A stretch of 64,000 nt of DNA from an uncultured bacterium (GTDB lineage: Bacteria; Verrucomicrobiota; Verrucomicrobiia; Limisphaerales; UBA8199): NCBI GenBank assembly GCA_963749495.1, contig CAVVMW010000006.1, positions 384,001 to 448,000 on the forward strand, read 5' to 3'. Positions 1-9,941 of the stretch are shown in pieces. The position numbers and the translations under genes were made by a program. Each line of letters begins with the position of its first letter. Position 1 is the first letter of the stretch. The notes beneath the pieces are model-generated. The model was not told the origin of the DNA and did no database searches. It worked only from the letters and a program-made list of their open reading frames with translations.

Positions 1-1500
1 CGGACCTTTTTCAGCCTCGATGACGCCGCCGCCCCCGTCGCGTTGCGGTCTGACCCGCCCGCGCTGCCGCTGGGCGGCATCACGGTGCTGGCCCGCGCCT
101 CCGACGGCGCGATCTGGCTCGGCACCACCCAGGGCCTTACCCGAGTGGCCTTTTCGGGCCCAGAGGCCGACCGTTGCCAGTACCTGGCCGGGCGCCGCTA
201 TCTGCCCGACGACCAGGTGCGGCAAATCGCGCCCGATGTCTGCGGCGGCGTCTGGGTGCGCACCCGCACCGGCATCGCTCACGTCCAATTGCGCCCGATG
301 ACCCTCGAGCAAAAGGCGGCGCTCTTCGAGGCGCGGATTGGGTCCCGCCACGATCGCTACGGCCTGGTGGCCGATTGCCGCCTCACCCGTCCGGGCGATA
401 CCTCGGGCTTTGAACTCGCCGACAACGACAACGACGGCCTCTGGACTTCCATCTACGCCGCCGCTGAGTGCTTCCGTTACGCCGTTACCCGCTCGCCCGA
501 GGCCCTGGCGCGGGCCCGCAAATCCGTGGCCGCCATCCTCTTCCTCGAAGAAGTCGCCGGCGCCCGCGGCTTCCCGGCCCGCTCATTCATCCGCAAGGGC
601 GACCCGATGCCCCAGGGAGGCGAATGGCACTGGACCGCCGATGGCCGCTACTTTTGGAAGGGAGACACCAGCTCGGACGAAATCGTCGGCCATTTCTTCA
701 TCTTCGGCATTGCGTGGGACCTGCTGCCGGACGCCGAGCTCAAGGGGCGCATCGCCGCCACCGCCACGCGAATCATGGACCACATCCTGGACCACAACTA
801 CACGCTGGCCAACCTGGATGGCAAACCCACCACCTGGGGCTGGTGGTCGCCCGACATCCTCGCCCGGCAACCCGATGAACGCGCCCTCAATTCCCTCCAG
901 TTGCTGAGCTTCCTGAAAACCGCCGCCCATATCACCGGCCAACCGCGCTACCAGGCCGAATATCGCAAGGCCGCCTTTGATTTCCACTACGCCGACTGGA
1001 TCACGCGCCTGAACGAATTCCGCCAGGAACTCAATTACTCGGACGAGGAACTGGCCATGCTCCCCTTCTACGGCCTGTTCCGCTATGAAAAGGACCCCGC
1101 GCTGCTCGGGGCCTATCGCCGCGCACTGGACGAATGGTGGAAAAACATCCGGCGTGAGGCCAATCCGCTCTGGACCTTCATCTATCTCCTGGGCCGTCCC
1201 GAGGCAAGGCTCGACCTGGCCTCCGCTGTCAGGACACTCTACCGCGCGCCGCTGGACACCATCACCTGGGCGGTGCGCAACTCACACCGGCAGGACATCG
1301 CCTGGGCTCCCGGCCGCGACCGCTTCGGCTCACGCGAGGCGCTCACGCTCCTGCCCCCCGATGAGCGGCCCGTCATGAGGTGGAACTCCAATCCTTTCGT
1401 TGTGGACGGCGGCAACGGCGGCCACCAGGAGGACGACGGCGCAGCCTTCCTCCTGCCCTATTGGCTCGGAAGGCACCACCACTTCATCAGAGGACGGTGA
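1..1500 (+). CDS. 5'-truncated hypothetical protein with regulator-propeller-like motifs and a probable (alpha/alpha)-barrel glycoside-hydrolase-like domain
   Basis: Frame open from base 1 to TGA at 1500. Contains DGAIWLGT and GGVWVRT propeller motifs, DNDGLWT, WKGDTSSDE and C-terminal FLLPYW. Confidence 0.6.
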   Translation, partial: RTFFSLDDAAAPVALRSDPPALPLGGITVLARASDGAIWLGTTQGLTRVAFSGPEADRCQYLAGRRYLPDDQVRQIAPDVCGGVWVRTRTGIAHVQLRPMTLEQKAALFEARIGSRHDRYGLVADCRLTRPGDTSGFELADNDNDGLWTSIYAAAECFRYAVTRSPEALARARKSVAAILFLEEVAGARGFPARSFIRKGDPMPQGGEWHWTADGRYFWKGDTSSDEIVGHFFIFGIAWDLLPDAELKGRIAATATRIMDHILDHNYTLANLDGKPTTWGWWSPDILARQPDERALNSLQLLSFLKTAAHITGQPRYQAEYRKAAFDFHYADWITRLNEFRQELNYSDEELAMLPFYGLFRYEKDPALLGAYRRALDEWWKNIRREANPLWTFIYLLGRPEARLDLASAVRTLYRAPLDTITWAVRNSHRQDIAWAPGRDRFGSREALTLLPPDERPVMRWNSNPFVVDGGNGGHQEDDGAAFLLPYWLGRHHHFIRGR

Positions 1501-1513
1501 CCGGCCAAGGCCG

Positions 1514-1690
1514 ACCCCTCACCCCGGCCCTCTCCCCACCCGCTGCGACGGCGCGACAGCGCGGCGAGTCGGATGGGGAGAGGGAGAGTTCTCGGTGGCG
1601 CTTTGAGCAAGCGTAGAGGCCTGGAAGCTCCCCAGGCTGCCGACGCCTCTCCCTCTCCCCTTCGGAAGGGGAGAGGGCCGGGGTGAGGGG
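1514..1690. repeat. Inverted pair of REP-like hairpins (CCCCTCACCCCGGCCCTCTCCCC...GGGGAGAGGG family, 'REP-P')
   Basis: cccctcaccccggccctctcccc at 1514 and its inverse ggggagagggccggggtgagggg at about 1668-1690, between convergent genes. Confidence 0.85.
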
Positions 1691-1746
1691 TCTGCCCGGC
1701 ACTGCGTCTCTGCCTTCACTGATCGATTACAGGCCGGAAATGTTCC

Positions 1747-2741
1747 CTACGGGGCCTTGGGCATCAACTCGCCTACCATAGACCGCTCTTCTTTCAGTTC
1801 ATTGACGGAGGCGTCAATGCGGGCGCGGCTGAATTCGTTGATTGGCACGTCCTTGACTATCTCCACCTTCTTGCGCGCGGTCCGGGTCGGGAACGAACAG
1901 AGGAGCCGGGCTCGACTCCGTAACTGCCATCCGAGCAGAGGGCGATGCTGTGCCAGTCGCCCTCGGGGGTGGACTCCAGGAGAGAGCGGACGCAGTCCAC
2001 GATGGCATTGGCGGCGCTGGCGGCACTGGAGGCGCCGCGCGCCTTGATGACGGCGGCGCCGCGCTGCTGGACCGTGCTGATGAACTGGCCCTTGAGCCAG
2101 GCCTCGTCCGTGATGGCCTGAGTGGCCGGCTGCCCGGCGATGCGCGCGTTGTAAAAGTCCGGATATTGCGTGGCCGAGTGATTGCCCCAAATCGCCACGT
2201 TGGTGACCGCCGTGACCTCGACGCCGCTCTTTTTGGCAAGCTGTGATTTGGCGCGGTTCTCGTCCAGGCGGGTCATCGCGAAGAACCGATCGCGGGGGAT
2301 GTCCGGCGCGTTGCTCATGGCGATCAGGCAATTGGTGTTGCAGGGGTTGCCGACCACCAGGAGACGCGCGTCGGGCGCGGCATTCCTCTGAAGCGCCTGG
2401 CCTTGGCCCACGAAGATCTTCCCGTTGATGCCCAGCAGGTCTTTCCGTTCCATGCCCGCCTTGCGCGGGATGCTGCCCACCAGCAGGGCCCAGTTCACCC
2501 CGCGAAAGCCCTCGTCCAGGTTGGCCGTCGGCACCGCCCCTTTGAGCAGCGGGAAGGCGCAATCCTCCAGTTCCATGGCCACACCCTGCAAGGCTGGCAG
2601 GGCCGGCTCGATCTCGATCAGGTGCAGAATGACCGGCTGCTTGGGCCCGAACATCGCCCCCGAGGCGATGCGAAAGACGAGTGAGTAACCGATTTGGCCG
2701 GCGGCGCCGGTCACGGCCACGCGAAGCGGTGATAAGCTCAT
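1747..2741 (-). CDS. mdh: Malate dehydrogenase (type 2 family), one apparent frameshift near 1907
   Basis: [45 protein letters not shown] and WGNHS. The C-terminus (LLCSFPTRT...ELKEER) continues in the neighbouring frame. Confidence 0.92.
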
Positions 2742-2810
2742 AGCATAATTATTATTCGGATATCGTTGGCCCAATATGACGCCAGCCCCCCCCGGCAATC
2801 AAGCCCCTTG

Positions 2811-2891
2811 TTCGTCATTCCTCATTCGTCATTCGTCATTCGTCATTCCGCACTCCGCACTCCGCACTCCGCACTCCGCACTCCGCATTCC
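2811..2891. repeat. Tandem heptamer array: (TTCGTCA)n followed by (TCCGCAC)n
   Basis: Read directly from the sequence. Confidence 0.95.
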
Positions 2892-2902
2892 TACGCGGCG
2901 CC

Positions 2903-3046
2903 GTACTGCACCCGGCTTTGGATGAATTTGGCATCTTTGTCGCAGCCTTTGTCGCAACCTTTGTCGAGCTCAGCCGGGTTTCGACAAAGGTTCCGACAAA
3001 GGCCCCGACAAAGGTCCTGAAAGTCACTCAAAATCCGGCGCAGTAC
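2903..3046. mobile_element. MITE with imperfect TIRs (GTACTGC...), inverted 12-mer core (CCTTTGTCGCAA / CGACAAAGG) and 9-bp target duplication CGCGGCGCC
   Basis: CGCGGCGCC at 2894-2902 and 3047-3055. Ends are gtactgcacccggctttgg and caaaatccggcgcagtac. Confidence 0.75.
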
Positions 3047-3714
3047 CGCGGCGCCGGCGCCTTCACAAACCTCGTTTCCCTCAAATAAATCGGTTCGATG
3101 TTCTCGCCGGCGAGGAAGTCCGAGCGGGCCAGGGCCAGGCCTCCCAAGGCCGCCGCGTGGGGAAAGACCACCCGGCCGCCGGGAAACCAACGGGTCACCT
3201 CGGGGCCGATGACCGTCACGCCGCCGGCTCCAGCCTGCAGGCGTTGCTGCACCTGGGCCATGGAGACGAGCCGCAGCGGCTCGACCTCCCGCAGGCCGGA
3301 GGCGCTGATTTCGTAGCCGGCCAGGTAGAACTCGTTGCGCTGCGCGTCAATGACGACCTCCACTCGTCCCGAAATCCCCTCCGCCTGCGCCTGCGCCGCC
3401 AGGCACTGTGCGCTGCCGATAGCCAGCAGCTTCACGCCGCGCGCAAACTGCCAGCCCTGCGCCAGCGCAATAGCCCCCCGTATCCCAGTGTACGAGCCGG
3501 GGCCAATCCCGACCGCCACGCACTCGACCTGCTCGAGCCCGACGCCCGCCTGCCTCAACGCCGCCTCGACCAGGCCAAACGCATCCGTGGACCGGTGATC
3601 CGTGCCGCCGGTTGCGGACTGACAACTGCCGAGCAGGCCCGGCCCGCCGCCCGCCGCCTCCACCACCGCCACGCTCCGTTGCGGCGATGAAAACTCAATC
3701 GCCAAAATCTTCAT
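3028..3714 (-). CDS. tsaB: tRNA t6A37 biosynthesis protein TsaB
   Basis: MKILAIEFSS, VAVGIGPGSYTGIR, IDAQRNEFY and EPIYLR; adjacent to tsaE. Confidence 0.92.
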   Translation of the reverse strand: MKILAIEFSSPQRSVAVVEAAGGGPGLLGSCQSATGGTDHRSTDAFGLVEAALRQAGVGLEQVECVAVGIGPGSYTGIRGAIALAQGWQFARGVKLLAIGSAQCLAAQAQAEGISGRVEVVIDAQRNEFYLAGYEISASGLREVEPLRLVSMAQVQQRLQAGAGGVTVIGPEVTRWFPGGRVVFPHAAALGGLALARSDFLAGENIEPIYLRETRFVKAPAPRYCAGF

Positions 3715-4276
3715 AGGTAATGCGCCGCTCCGTCTCGCTTACCGTCTCAATCCACACCCACCGCGCAGGAAGTGCGGAGTGCGGAGTGCGGAGTGCGGAG
3801 TGCGCACTCCGAACTTCCTCCGCCCTCCGCCCTCCGTCCTCCGCCCTCCGCCCTCCGTCCTCCGCCCTCCGTCCTCCGCCCTCCGTCCTCCGTCCTCCGT
3901 CCTCCACACTCCGCATTCCGCACTCCGCACTCCGCACTTCACAGAGTTTCTCCGCCCACTCGATCACCGTCACCCCTGCCGGGTCGAGATATTCCTCCAG
4001 CCCGGCCGCAGCGATCTGCTCCGGGGTCTCCAGCCGGTAGAGATCCAGGTGAAACAGGCTCAGCCGCCCGCCCGGATAGACGTTGACCAGCGTGAAGGTG
4101 GGCGAATGGACCCGCGCGGTGATGCCCAGGCCCCTGGCCAGGCCCTTCACCAACACGGTCTTGCCCGCGCCCAACTCCCCGGTCAGGCCGATGACCAGCC
4201 CGCTCTGCGCCTGGCGGCCCCACTCCTCCCCCAGGGCCTCGGTCTGGGCGGGGCTATGCGAAATGCGTGTAGCCAT
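3695..4276 (-). CDS. tsaE: tRNA t6A37 ATPase TsaE with an in-frame repeat-derived insertion
   Basis: GELGAGKT P-loop, VHSPTFTLVNVY, HLDLYRL and VIEWAE. About 55 extra codons come from heptamer arrays at 3770-3939. Confidence 0.92.
   Translation of the reverse strand: MATRISHSPAQTEALGEEWGRQAQSGLVIGLTGELGAGKTVLVKGLARGLGITARVHSPTFTLVNVYPGGRLSLFHLDLYRLETPEQIAAAGLEEYLDPAGVTVIEWAEKLCEVRSAECGMRSVEDGGRRTEGGGRRAEDGGRRAEDGGRRAEEVRSAHSALRTPHSALPARWVWIETVSETERRITYEDFGD
3770..3939. repeat. Nested heptamer arrays (GAGTGCG)n-(TCCGYCC)n-(TCCGCAC)n inside tsaE
   Basis: Read directly; the outer arrays are inverted relative to each other. Confidence 0.95.
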
Positions 4277-5186
4277 GAGCCGTCAGCGGGCGCATCCCCT
4301 GCTTGTCTCGAATCGCCAGGCCCTCCTTGCCGGTGATCTTCCCGATGCAGGTCAGCGGCAGCGCGGGGAACCGCTCTTTCCACGCATCCCGCAACGGCAC
4401 CGCCTGCCGCGCAGCGACGGTGAAGAGCAACTCGAAGTCCTCGCCGTCGGTCAAGGCGGCGGCCAGCGGCGGTTTGGCCGACAGTTGAGTCTTGGGGAGC
4501 AGGCGGGCGGCGCGGCTGATCGGAATGGCCGTCGCCAACAATTCGGCGCCCACCCGGCTGGCCTTCAGGATGTGCCGCAGGTCCCCGGCCAGGCCGTCGC
4601 TCAGGTCCAGCATCGCGTGGAGCTGGAAATGGTCGGCCAGCCAGCGGGCCTCGGCCAGGCGCGGCTCGAATTCAAGGTGTTTGCCTGCCAGCGACCCGCC
4701 CAGTTCACCCGTCACGAAGATAGCATCGCCGGGTTCGGCGCCGGAGCGCAAGACGGCCTTGCCGCGCGGCACCCAGCCCAGCAGGGCCACCGAGACGAAG
4801 ATGCGCTCGGGATTGGACGTCGTCTCGCCTCCGACAATGGCGACCTCATGCCGTCGCGCCAGGGCGTTCATGCCGGCGTAAAGGGCCTCGACGCAGCCCG
4901 CCTTGAAGTCCCGCGGCAGACCCAGCGTCACCAGGGCCGCGGTAGGCGTGCCTGCCATCGCGGCAATGTCGCTCAAGCACCGGCCCAGCGCCTTGTGCCC
5001 GGCCTTTTCCGGGGGCGTGTCCGCGGTGAAATGAATCCCCTCGACCACGGCGTCGGTTTTGAACAACAGGAACCGGTCTGCCAGGCCCACATCGAGCACT
5101 GCGCAATCGTCCCCTGCGCCCACCACAACCGATTTGTTGCCCGGCAGTGAGCGCGTCAACCGCCCGATGAGGTCGAACTCGTTCAT
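4254..5186 (-). CDS. thiL: Thiamine-monophosphate kinase
   Basis: MNEFDLI, GAGDDCA, EGIHF, LSDIAAMAG, VGGET, DLSDGL and GEDFELLFT. Confidence 0.93.
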   Translation of the reverse strand: MNEFDLIGRLTRSLPGNKSVVVGAGDDCAVLDVGLADRFLLFKTDAVVEGIHFTADTPPEKAGHKALGRCLSDIAAMAGTPTAALVTLGLPRDFKAGCVEALYAGMNALARRHEVAIVGGETTSNPERIFVSVALLGWVPRGKAVLRSGAEPGDAIFVTGELGGSLAGKHLEFEPRLAEARWLADHFQLHAMLDLSDGLAGDLRHILKASRVGAELLATAIPISRAARLLPKTQLSAKPPLAAALTDGEDFELLFTVAARQAVPLRDAWKERFPALPLTCIGKITGKEGLAIRDKQGMRPLTAHGYTHFA

Positions 5187-6079
5187 TTGGCCAGGGAGAG
5201 CAAGACGAATCCCAGCGCGTTGAAGGTGGTGTGCGCGGCGATCGGGGCCAGCAAATTGCCGGTCCATTCATAGATGGCCGTTAGGACAAGCGCCAGGACC
5301 AGCAAGGGCACGAAAACCGCCAGGTTCGCATGGATGGCGGCAAACCCCAGGGCGCTGCACCAGAGCGCCAGCCGCGGGAAGCCGGCCTGCTTGAGCCAGG
5401 CGTAGAAAATGCCCCGGAACAGCAATTCCTCGCCCAGCGGCACCAACAGGATCGTCATGGCTCCCAGGGCGGCGCGCGCGGGCCAGGAGACTGCCTGCTG
5501 GATGCCCTTGACGGCCGGCTGCACCTCGGGTTTGACGCCCAGGCCCGGCAGCCGTTCCAGCGCCGAGGCCGAGGCCCGCTGCAGTTCCAATCCTACCGGC
5601 ATGAAGAGGGCCGCGGCCAACGCCCCCACCAGGAGCGCGCGCCCCGGGTTGGCCCGCAATCCAAAGGCCTCCCCCCAGCTTGTCCGGTGCTCCCGCAGCA
5701 GCCGCCCCACCAGCACCAACGCCGCCCCTTGAATGCTCACCATGCTGATGAGCATGTGGCGCGTCGAGATTTCCCCGGCCCCCGCGCGGCTCTCAGTCCA
5801 GGCGCTCAGGATGAAACCCGCATAAAACACGCCCATCGTCCCCACCAGCCGGCGGATTATGTTCTCCAGCCGCCAAGGCCGCTGCAGCAGGACCAGCGCC
5901 GCAGCCAGGCACACAAACGCCCCGGCGGCCGCGAGGTAAACCCATTTACCCCCGCCCTTGGCGCCCGTGCCCGCGTAATGCAGCACGCTTTCCAGCAGCG
6001 AGCCGCCGCAAAAGCACGCCATCATGCTCAATACAAGGCGCACCACCGCATCCGGCCTCCAGGGTTTCGCCGAAATCAT
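5183..6079 (-). CDS. CPBP/CAAX family intramembrane metalloprotease
   Basis: Many hydrophobic segments; EELLFRG, FAAIH and AHTTFN motifs. Confidence 0.88.
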   Translation of the reverse strand: MISAKPWRPDAVVRLVLSMMACFCGGSLLESVLHYAGTGAKGGGKWVYLAAAGAFVCLAAALVLLQRPWRLENIIRRLVGTMGVFYAGFILSAWTESRAGAGEISTRHMLISMVSIQGAALVLVGRLLREHRTSWGEAFGLRANPGRALLVGALAAALFMPVGLELQRASASALERLPGLGVKPEVQPAVKGIQQAVSWPARAALGAMTILLVPLGEELLFRGIFYAWLKQAGFPRLALWCSALGFAAIHANLAVFVPLLVLALVLTAIYEWTGNLLAPIAAHTTFNALGFVLLSLAK

Positions 6080-6158
6080 CGCCCCGCAAGCTACATCAGC
6101 GCCCGATGAGTGACACGGAAAAAGAGGCGGGATCGGTGGCGACAGGCGCAGGGGCAGA

Positions 6159-6246
6159 AAATGACGAATGACGAATGACGAATGACGAATAAAGAAGAGC
6201 CTCCGTCATTCGTCATTCGTCATTCGTCATTCGTCATTCGTCATTT
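6159..6246. repeat. Inverted heptamer arrays (GAATGAC)n...(GTCATTC)n
   Basis: Read directly; can form one long hairpin between divergent genes. Confidence 0.95.
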
Positions 6247-6283
6247 TGCGTTCCTGCACTCGGAGGGCTATGGTGGGGGCGGT

Positions 6284-8359
6284 ATGGACCCCATGAAAAC
6301 CGCCCCCGCCGCGCACACCAACCGGCTGGCCCTCGAGAAATCGCCATACCTCCTCCAGCACCGGCACAATCCGGTGGATTGGTATCCCTGGGGCGAGGAG
6401 GCCTTTGCCAGGGCGCGCCGCGAGAACAAACCGATCTTCCTGAGCATCGGCTATTCCACCTGCCACTGGTGCCATGTCATGGAGCGCGAATCGTTCGAAG
6501 ACCAGCGCCTGGCCTCGTTTCTCAACGCCCACTTCGTCAGCATCAAGCTCGACCGCGAGGAACGTCCGGACATCGACCGCATCTACATGACCTTTGTCCA
6601 GGCCTCCACCGGCCAGGGCGGCTGGCCGCTGAATGTCTTTCTGACGCCCGACCTCAAACCCTTTTTCGGCGGGACCTATTTCCCCCCGGACAACCGCCAC
6701 GGGCGGCCCGGCTTCCTGGATCTCCTGGAGCAGATCCGCCAGCTCTGGCAGGCCCGCCAGGGCGAGGTCACCGAGTCTGCCGCGCTCATCCACACACAAC
6801 TCCGCCAGGCGACCGCCGGCCCGCCGCGGCCCAGCCTCGTGCCGACCCCGTCCATCCTTCGACGGGCGGGCGCGCTGCTCAAAGAGTCCTACGACCCGCG
6901 CCACGGCGGCTTTGGCGCCGCCCCCAAGTTCCCGCACCCAAGCCAGCCGCGCCTCTTGCTCCGCTATGCCAAGCGGTTCGGCGACCCCCAGGCCGTCCGC
7001 ATGGTCCTGCACACCTGCGACCGCATGGCGGCCGGCGGCATCCACGACCAATTGGGCGGCGGCTTCGCCCGCTATTCCGTCGATGCCCAGTGGCTGGTCC
7101 CGCACTTCGAAAAGATGCTCTACGACAACGCCCAGTTGGTCCAGTTGTACCTGGATGCAGCGCTGGTCAGCGGCCGGCAGCGCTATGCCGAGGTTGCGCG
7201 CGGCATCCTCGACTATGTGCTCCGGGACATGACTCATCCGGAGGGCGGTTTCTATTCGGCCGAGGATGCCGACAGCGAAGGCCACGAGGGCAAATTCTAC
7301 TGCTGGACGCGCCGGGAACTGGCCGGGCTGCTCGCGCCGGAGCAATACAATGTGGCCGTCCGCTATTTCGGCCTGACCGAGGAGGGAAACTTCCTCGACC
7401 ACAGCCACCCGGAGCCGTTGCCCAACCAGAACGTCCTGAGCGTGGTGGATGACGATTTGACCGCGCCGGAACAGGCCCTGCTGGCCTCGGCCAGGCGCAA
7501 GATGTTCGAGGCTCGCTCCCGGCGCCCCCGGCCGCACATGGATGACAAGGTGCTGGTCTCCTGGAACGGCCTGATGCTCGGCGCCCTGGCCCGGGCCTCG
7601 GCCGTCCTGGACGATGAAACGTATCGCGCCGCAGCGGAGAAGAACCTTGGCTTTCTGCAAGCCAACCTCTGGGACGCCCCGAGCAAGACGCTCTACCACG
7701 GCTGGCGGGATGGCCGGCGAGACAACGTCCAATTGCTCAGCGGCTACGCCTTTCTCCTGTCCGGAGTGCTCGACCTCTACCAGGCAACCCTCGCCCCCGC
7801 CCACCTCGATTTTGCCCTCGCGCTGGCCGAAACCATGCTGGACAGATTCTCCGATTCCGAGGGTGGCGGCTTCTGGCAAAGCCCTCCCGGCGCCGCCGAC
7901 CTCATCCTCCGCGTCAAAGAAGACTACGACGGCGCCGAGCCCGGCGGCAATTCGGTCGCCGCCCTGGCCCTGCTGGAGTTGGGCACGATTACCGGCCGCC
8001 CGGAGTTCATGGGCGCGGCCCGGAAAACCCTGCGCCTCTTTGCCAGCCGCCTTGACCAACTCCCGCAAGCCGTCCCCAGCATGCTCCAGGCCCTCGATTT
8101 CTCTCTGGACGAACCCGCGCGCTTCGTCCTGGCGGAGGACCCGGCCGCCGGGCCGGGCCCGCAACGCCGCGCCCTGCTCAATGCGGTTCACTCCCTCTAC
8201 CTTCCCAACAAGGTCGTCCTGGGCAACGCCGGCCCCGTCGAGCCCTTTGCCAGGACGCTCTCTCCTCGCGGGGACCCGACCGTCTATCTCTGCATCGGCA
8301 CTGCCTGCCGCCCGCCAACGACGGACCCGGCGAGGATCAAGGAGCTGGCGGGGGCGTAG
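6284..8359 (+). CDS. Thioredoxin-domain protein, YyaL/SSP411 family
   Basis: [50 protein letters not shown] and [11 protein letters not shown]. Confidence 0.92.
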   Translation: MDPMKTAPAAHTNRLALEKSPYLLQHRHNPVDWYPWGEEAFARARRENKPIFLSIGYSTCHWCHVMERESFEDQRLASFLNAHFVSIKLDREERPDIDRIYMTFVQASTGQGGWPLNVFLTPDLKPFFGGTYFPPDNRHGRPGFLDLLEQIRQLWQARQGEVTESAALIHTQLRQATAGPPRPSLVPTPSILRRAGALLKESYDPRHGGFGAAPKFPHPSQPRLLLRYAKRFGDPQAVRMVLHTCDRMAAGGIHDQLGGGFARYSVDAQWLVPHFEKMLYDNAQLVQLYLDAALVSGRQRYAEVARGILDYVLRDMTHPEGGFYSAEDADSEGHEGKFYCWTRRELAGLLAPEQYNVAVRYFGLTEEGNFLDHSHPEPLPNQNVLSVVDDDLTAPEQALLASARRKMFEARSRRPRPHMDDKVLVSWNGLMLGALARASAVLDDETYRAAAEKNLGFLQANLWDAPSKTLYHGWRDGRRDNVQLLSGYAFLLSGVLDLYQATLAPAHLDFALALAETMLDRFSDSEGGGFWQSPPGAADLILRVKEDYDGAEPGGNSVAALALLELGTITGRPEFMGAARKTLRLFASRLDQLPQAVPSMLQALDFSLDEPARFVLAEDPAAGPGPQRRALLNAVHSLYLPNKVVLGNAGPVEPFARTLSPRGDPTVYLCIGTACRPPTTDPARIKELAGA

Positions 8360-8516
8360 GGTCTCAGCGCCGCGCGACCGTTGCGAGAGGCGCGGCCGAA
8401 GTCGCGAAGCGTCTGGAGTGCGCGGCATTCCCGCGCTTTGACGTTCGGACGCCACGGGACGTGGGTGGGTTCACTGGCGCCAGACCTGTCGTGCCGGTTT
8501 TCTCTCAGGCGCGGAC

Positions 8517-8736
8517 CTCCGGCCCAAAGGGCTGGCAGAGCCCAGCCCAGGGCTGAGGCCGCCAGGCCGATGCCCTGGGAACATGCCCACGGAAGATTAG
8601 GCGCGCCCTGAAGGGGCCAGAAGGCTCTGGCGCCCTTTCAGGGCGCGCGGCCCGGGTTTGTGGCGAAACCCAGGGCATCGGCCTGACGGCCTCAGCCCTG
8701 GGCTAGGTTGTGGCGGCCCGTCAGGCCGCGAGGCAG
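8517..8736. repeat. Composite palindromic element of about 215 bp ('REP-C'), copy 1
   Basis: agcccagggctgaggcc...gatgccctggg and inverse cccagggcatcggcc...cctcagccctgggct. Near-identical copies at 44557 and 47446. Confidence 0.9.
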
Positions 8737-8759
8737 AGCCGCAAACGCGGCTCATTCTC

Positions 8760-8934
8760 TCAGTTGGCGCGGCGACGCAAGGGCGACCGGCAGAAGGTGC
8801 GGATAGCATGGCGGCTGCGGCGCGAAAGCACGAGGACATCGAAATGGATTGCGCAGCGGCTTAAGCTGGGGACGTGGACGCACGTTTCCAGTTACCTGCT
8901 GCTAAAGCGGAGAGAAGGTGAAGAGTGTAAATAG
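8760..8934 (+). pseudogene. C-terminal remnant resembling a REP-associated tyrosine (IS200-like/RAYT) transposase
   Basis: RKGDRQKVRIAWRLRRESTRTSKWIAQRLKLGTWTHVSSYL resembles, from recall, the HTH-like tail of verrucomicrobial Y1 transposases. No HUH domain is present. Confidence 0.55.
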
Positions 8935-9025
8935 TCTTGACCCACTGCTTTTTCGACTCCTTTTTGCGTTGCAGACCCTGCAATTACGGCGTTGCCACGT
9001 TGACCCGACTTGGCATATTGCGCGT

Positions 9026-9913
9026 ATGCCAAAATGGGTGAAGATCGGGCTTTGCGTTTTTCTGCTGGGCCTTGTTGGCGGCATCGCCTGGCTGCTTTGG
9101 CACACGCGCGAGCCGGCTTACCATGGCAGGCCGTTGAGTCAGTGGCTGGACAGATTCAACCAGGGTGTGAATAAGGGTTGGCCACACAAGATGGAGGGGA
9201 CTACGGAGGCCATCCGCGCCATGGGGACAAACAGCCTGCCCTTTCTTCTGGATTATATCGGGCACCAGGAGCCGTGGATCACCCGCGTGGGGATTGACTT
9301 GTTGCGCCGGCAGCACCGGGTAAAGCTCCCGTTTTACGGTGAGAATCCTTACCGCGAACCATCGCTGATGGCCCTCCATATATTGGGTTCGGAAGCCGCC
9401 CCACTGTTCCCCGAGCTTCTCAAGCTCGCCGAGAATCCACTCACCTCCTATGAGGGCACAAGGGCCTTGCTAGCCATTGGAACCACCGCCATTCCGGCCT
9501 TGGAGCGAGTCTGCCGGAGCACCAACTTTAACGTAAGAGTTCTAGCCCTGTGGCAGATTGCCTCCCTGAGGGCCGTGCCTCGCGATCACGTATGGTGGGA
9601 TTGGAAGATTGCCCCGGCAAATGGCCGAGGAATTTTCGTGTTCGGGAGTGGCCCCGACCCTTACGGGCTTCGGAACGAAATGCTCGCCCTGCTCAAGAGT
9701 CCCGCCCCTGCAGTTCGGCGCGCGAGCGGTGATGCTCTTGCGACCTTTACTCGGCCTGCTGCTCGAGGAGAGCCGGCGCAGGTGCTATCAGCCCTGAGAG
9801 AGGCCCTGAACGACACGAACTCCGACGTGCGGTGCTCCGCAGCACGCGCCCTGAAACAAATCGACCCCACCAGTTCGGCTGATGTCGGGAAAGGGGTCGG
9901 TGAAAACTATTGA
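9026..9913 (+). CDS. Membrane-anchored HEAT-repeat protein
   Basis: N-terminal TM helix, EPAYHGRPLSQWL, AIRAMGTNSLPFL and VRCSAARALKQIDP. Confidence 0.8.
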   Translation: MPKWVKIGLCVFLLGLVGGIAWLLWHTREPAYHGRPLSQWLDRFNQGVNKGWPHKMEGTTEAIRAMGTNSLPFLLDYIGHQEPWITRVGIDLLRRQHRVKLPFYGENPYREPSLMALHILGSEAAPLFPELLKLAENPLTSYEGTRALLAIGTTAIPALERVCRSTNFNVRVLALWQIASLRAVPRDHVWWDWKIAPANGRGIFVFGSGPDPYGLRNEMLALLKSPAPAVRRASGDALATFTRPAARGEPAQVLSALREALNDTNSDVRCSAARALKQIDPTSSADVGKGVGENY

Positions 9914-9941
9914 CACAATACTGCCTCTTCCGGCGAGGCCG

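Noticed and set aside
6182..6283. Repeat-encoded N-terminus (FVIRHSS) of the YyaL-like protein
   Set aside because: A better ATG lies at 6284 or 6293 just before the conserved NRL motif, so it was not counted as an in-frame insert.
6227..8455. Long antisense ORFs (also 9997-11760, 27058-28680, 31090-32688, 40174-41787 and 54257-55936)
   Set aside because: Shadow ORFs expected opposite real genes in high-GC DNA; they have no recognisable motifs.
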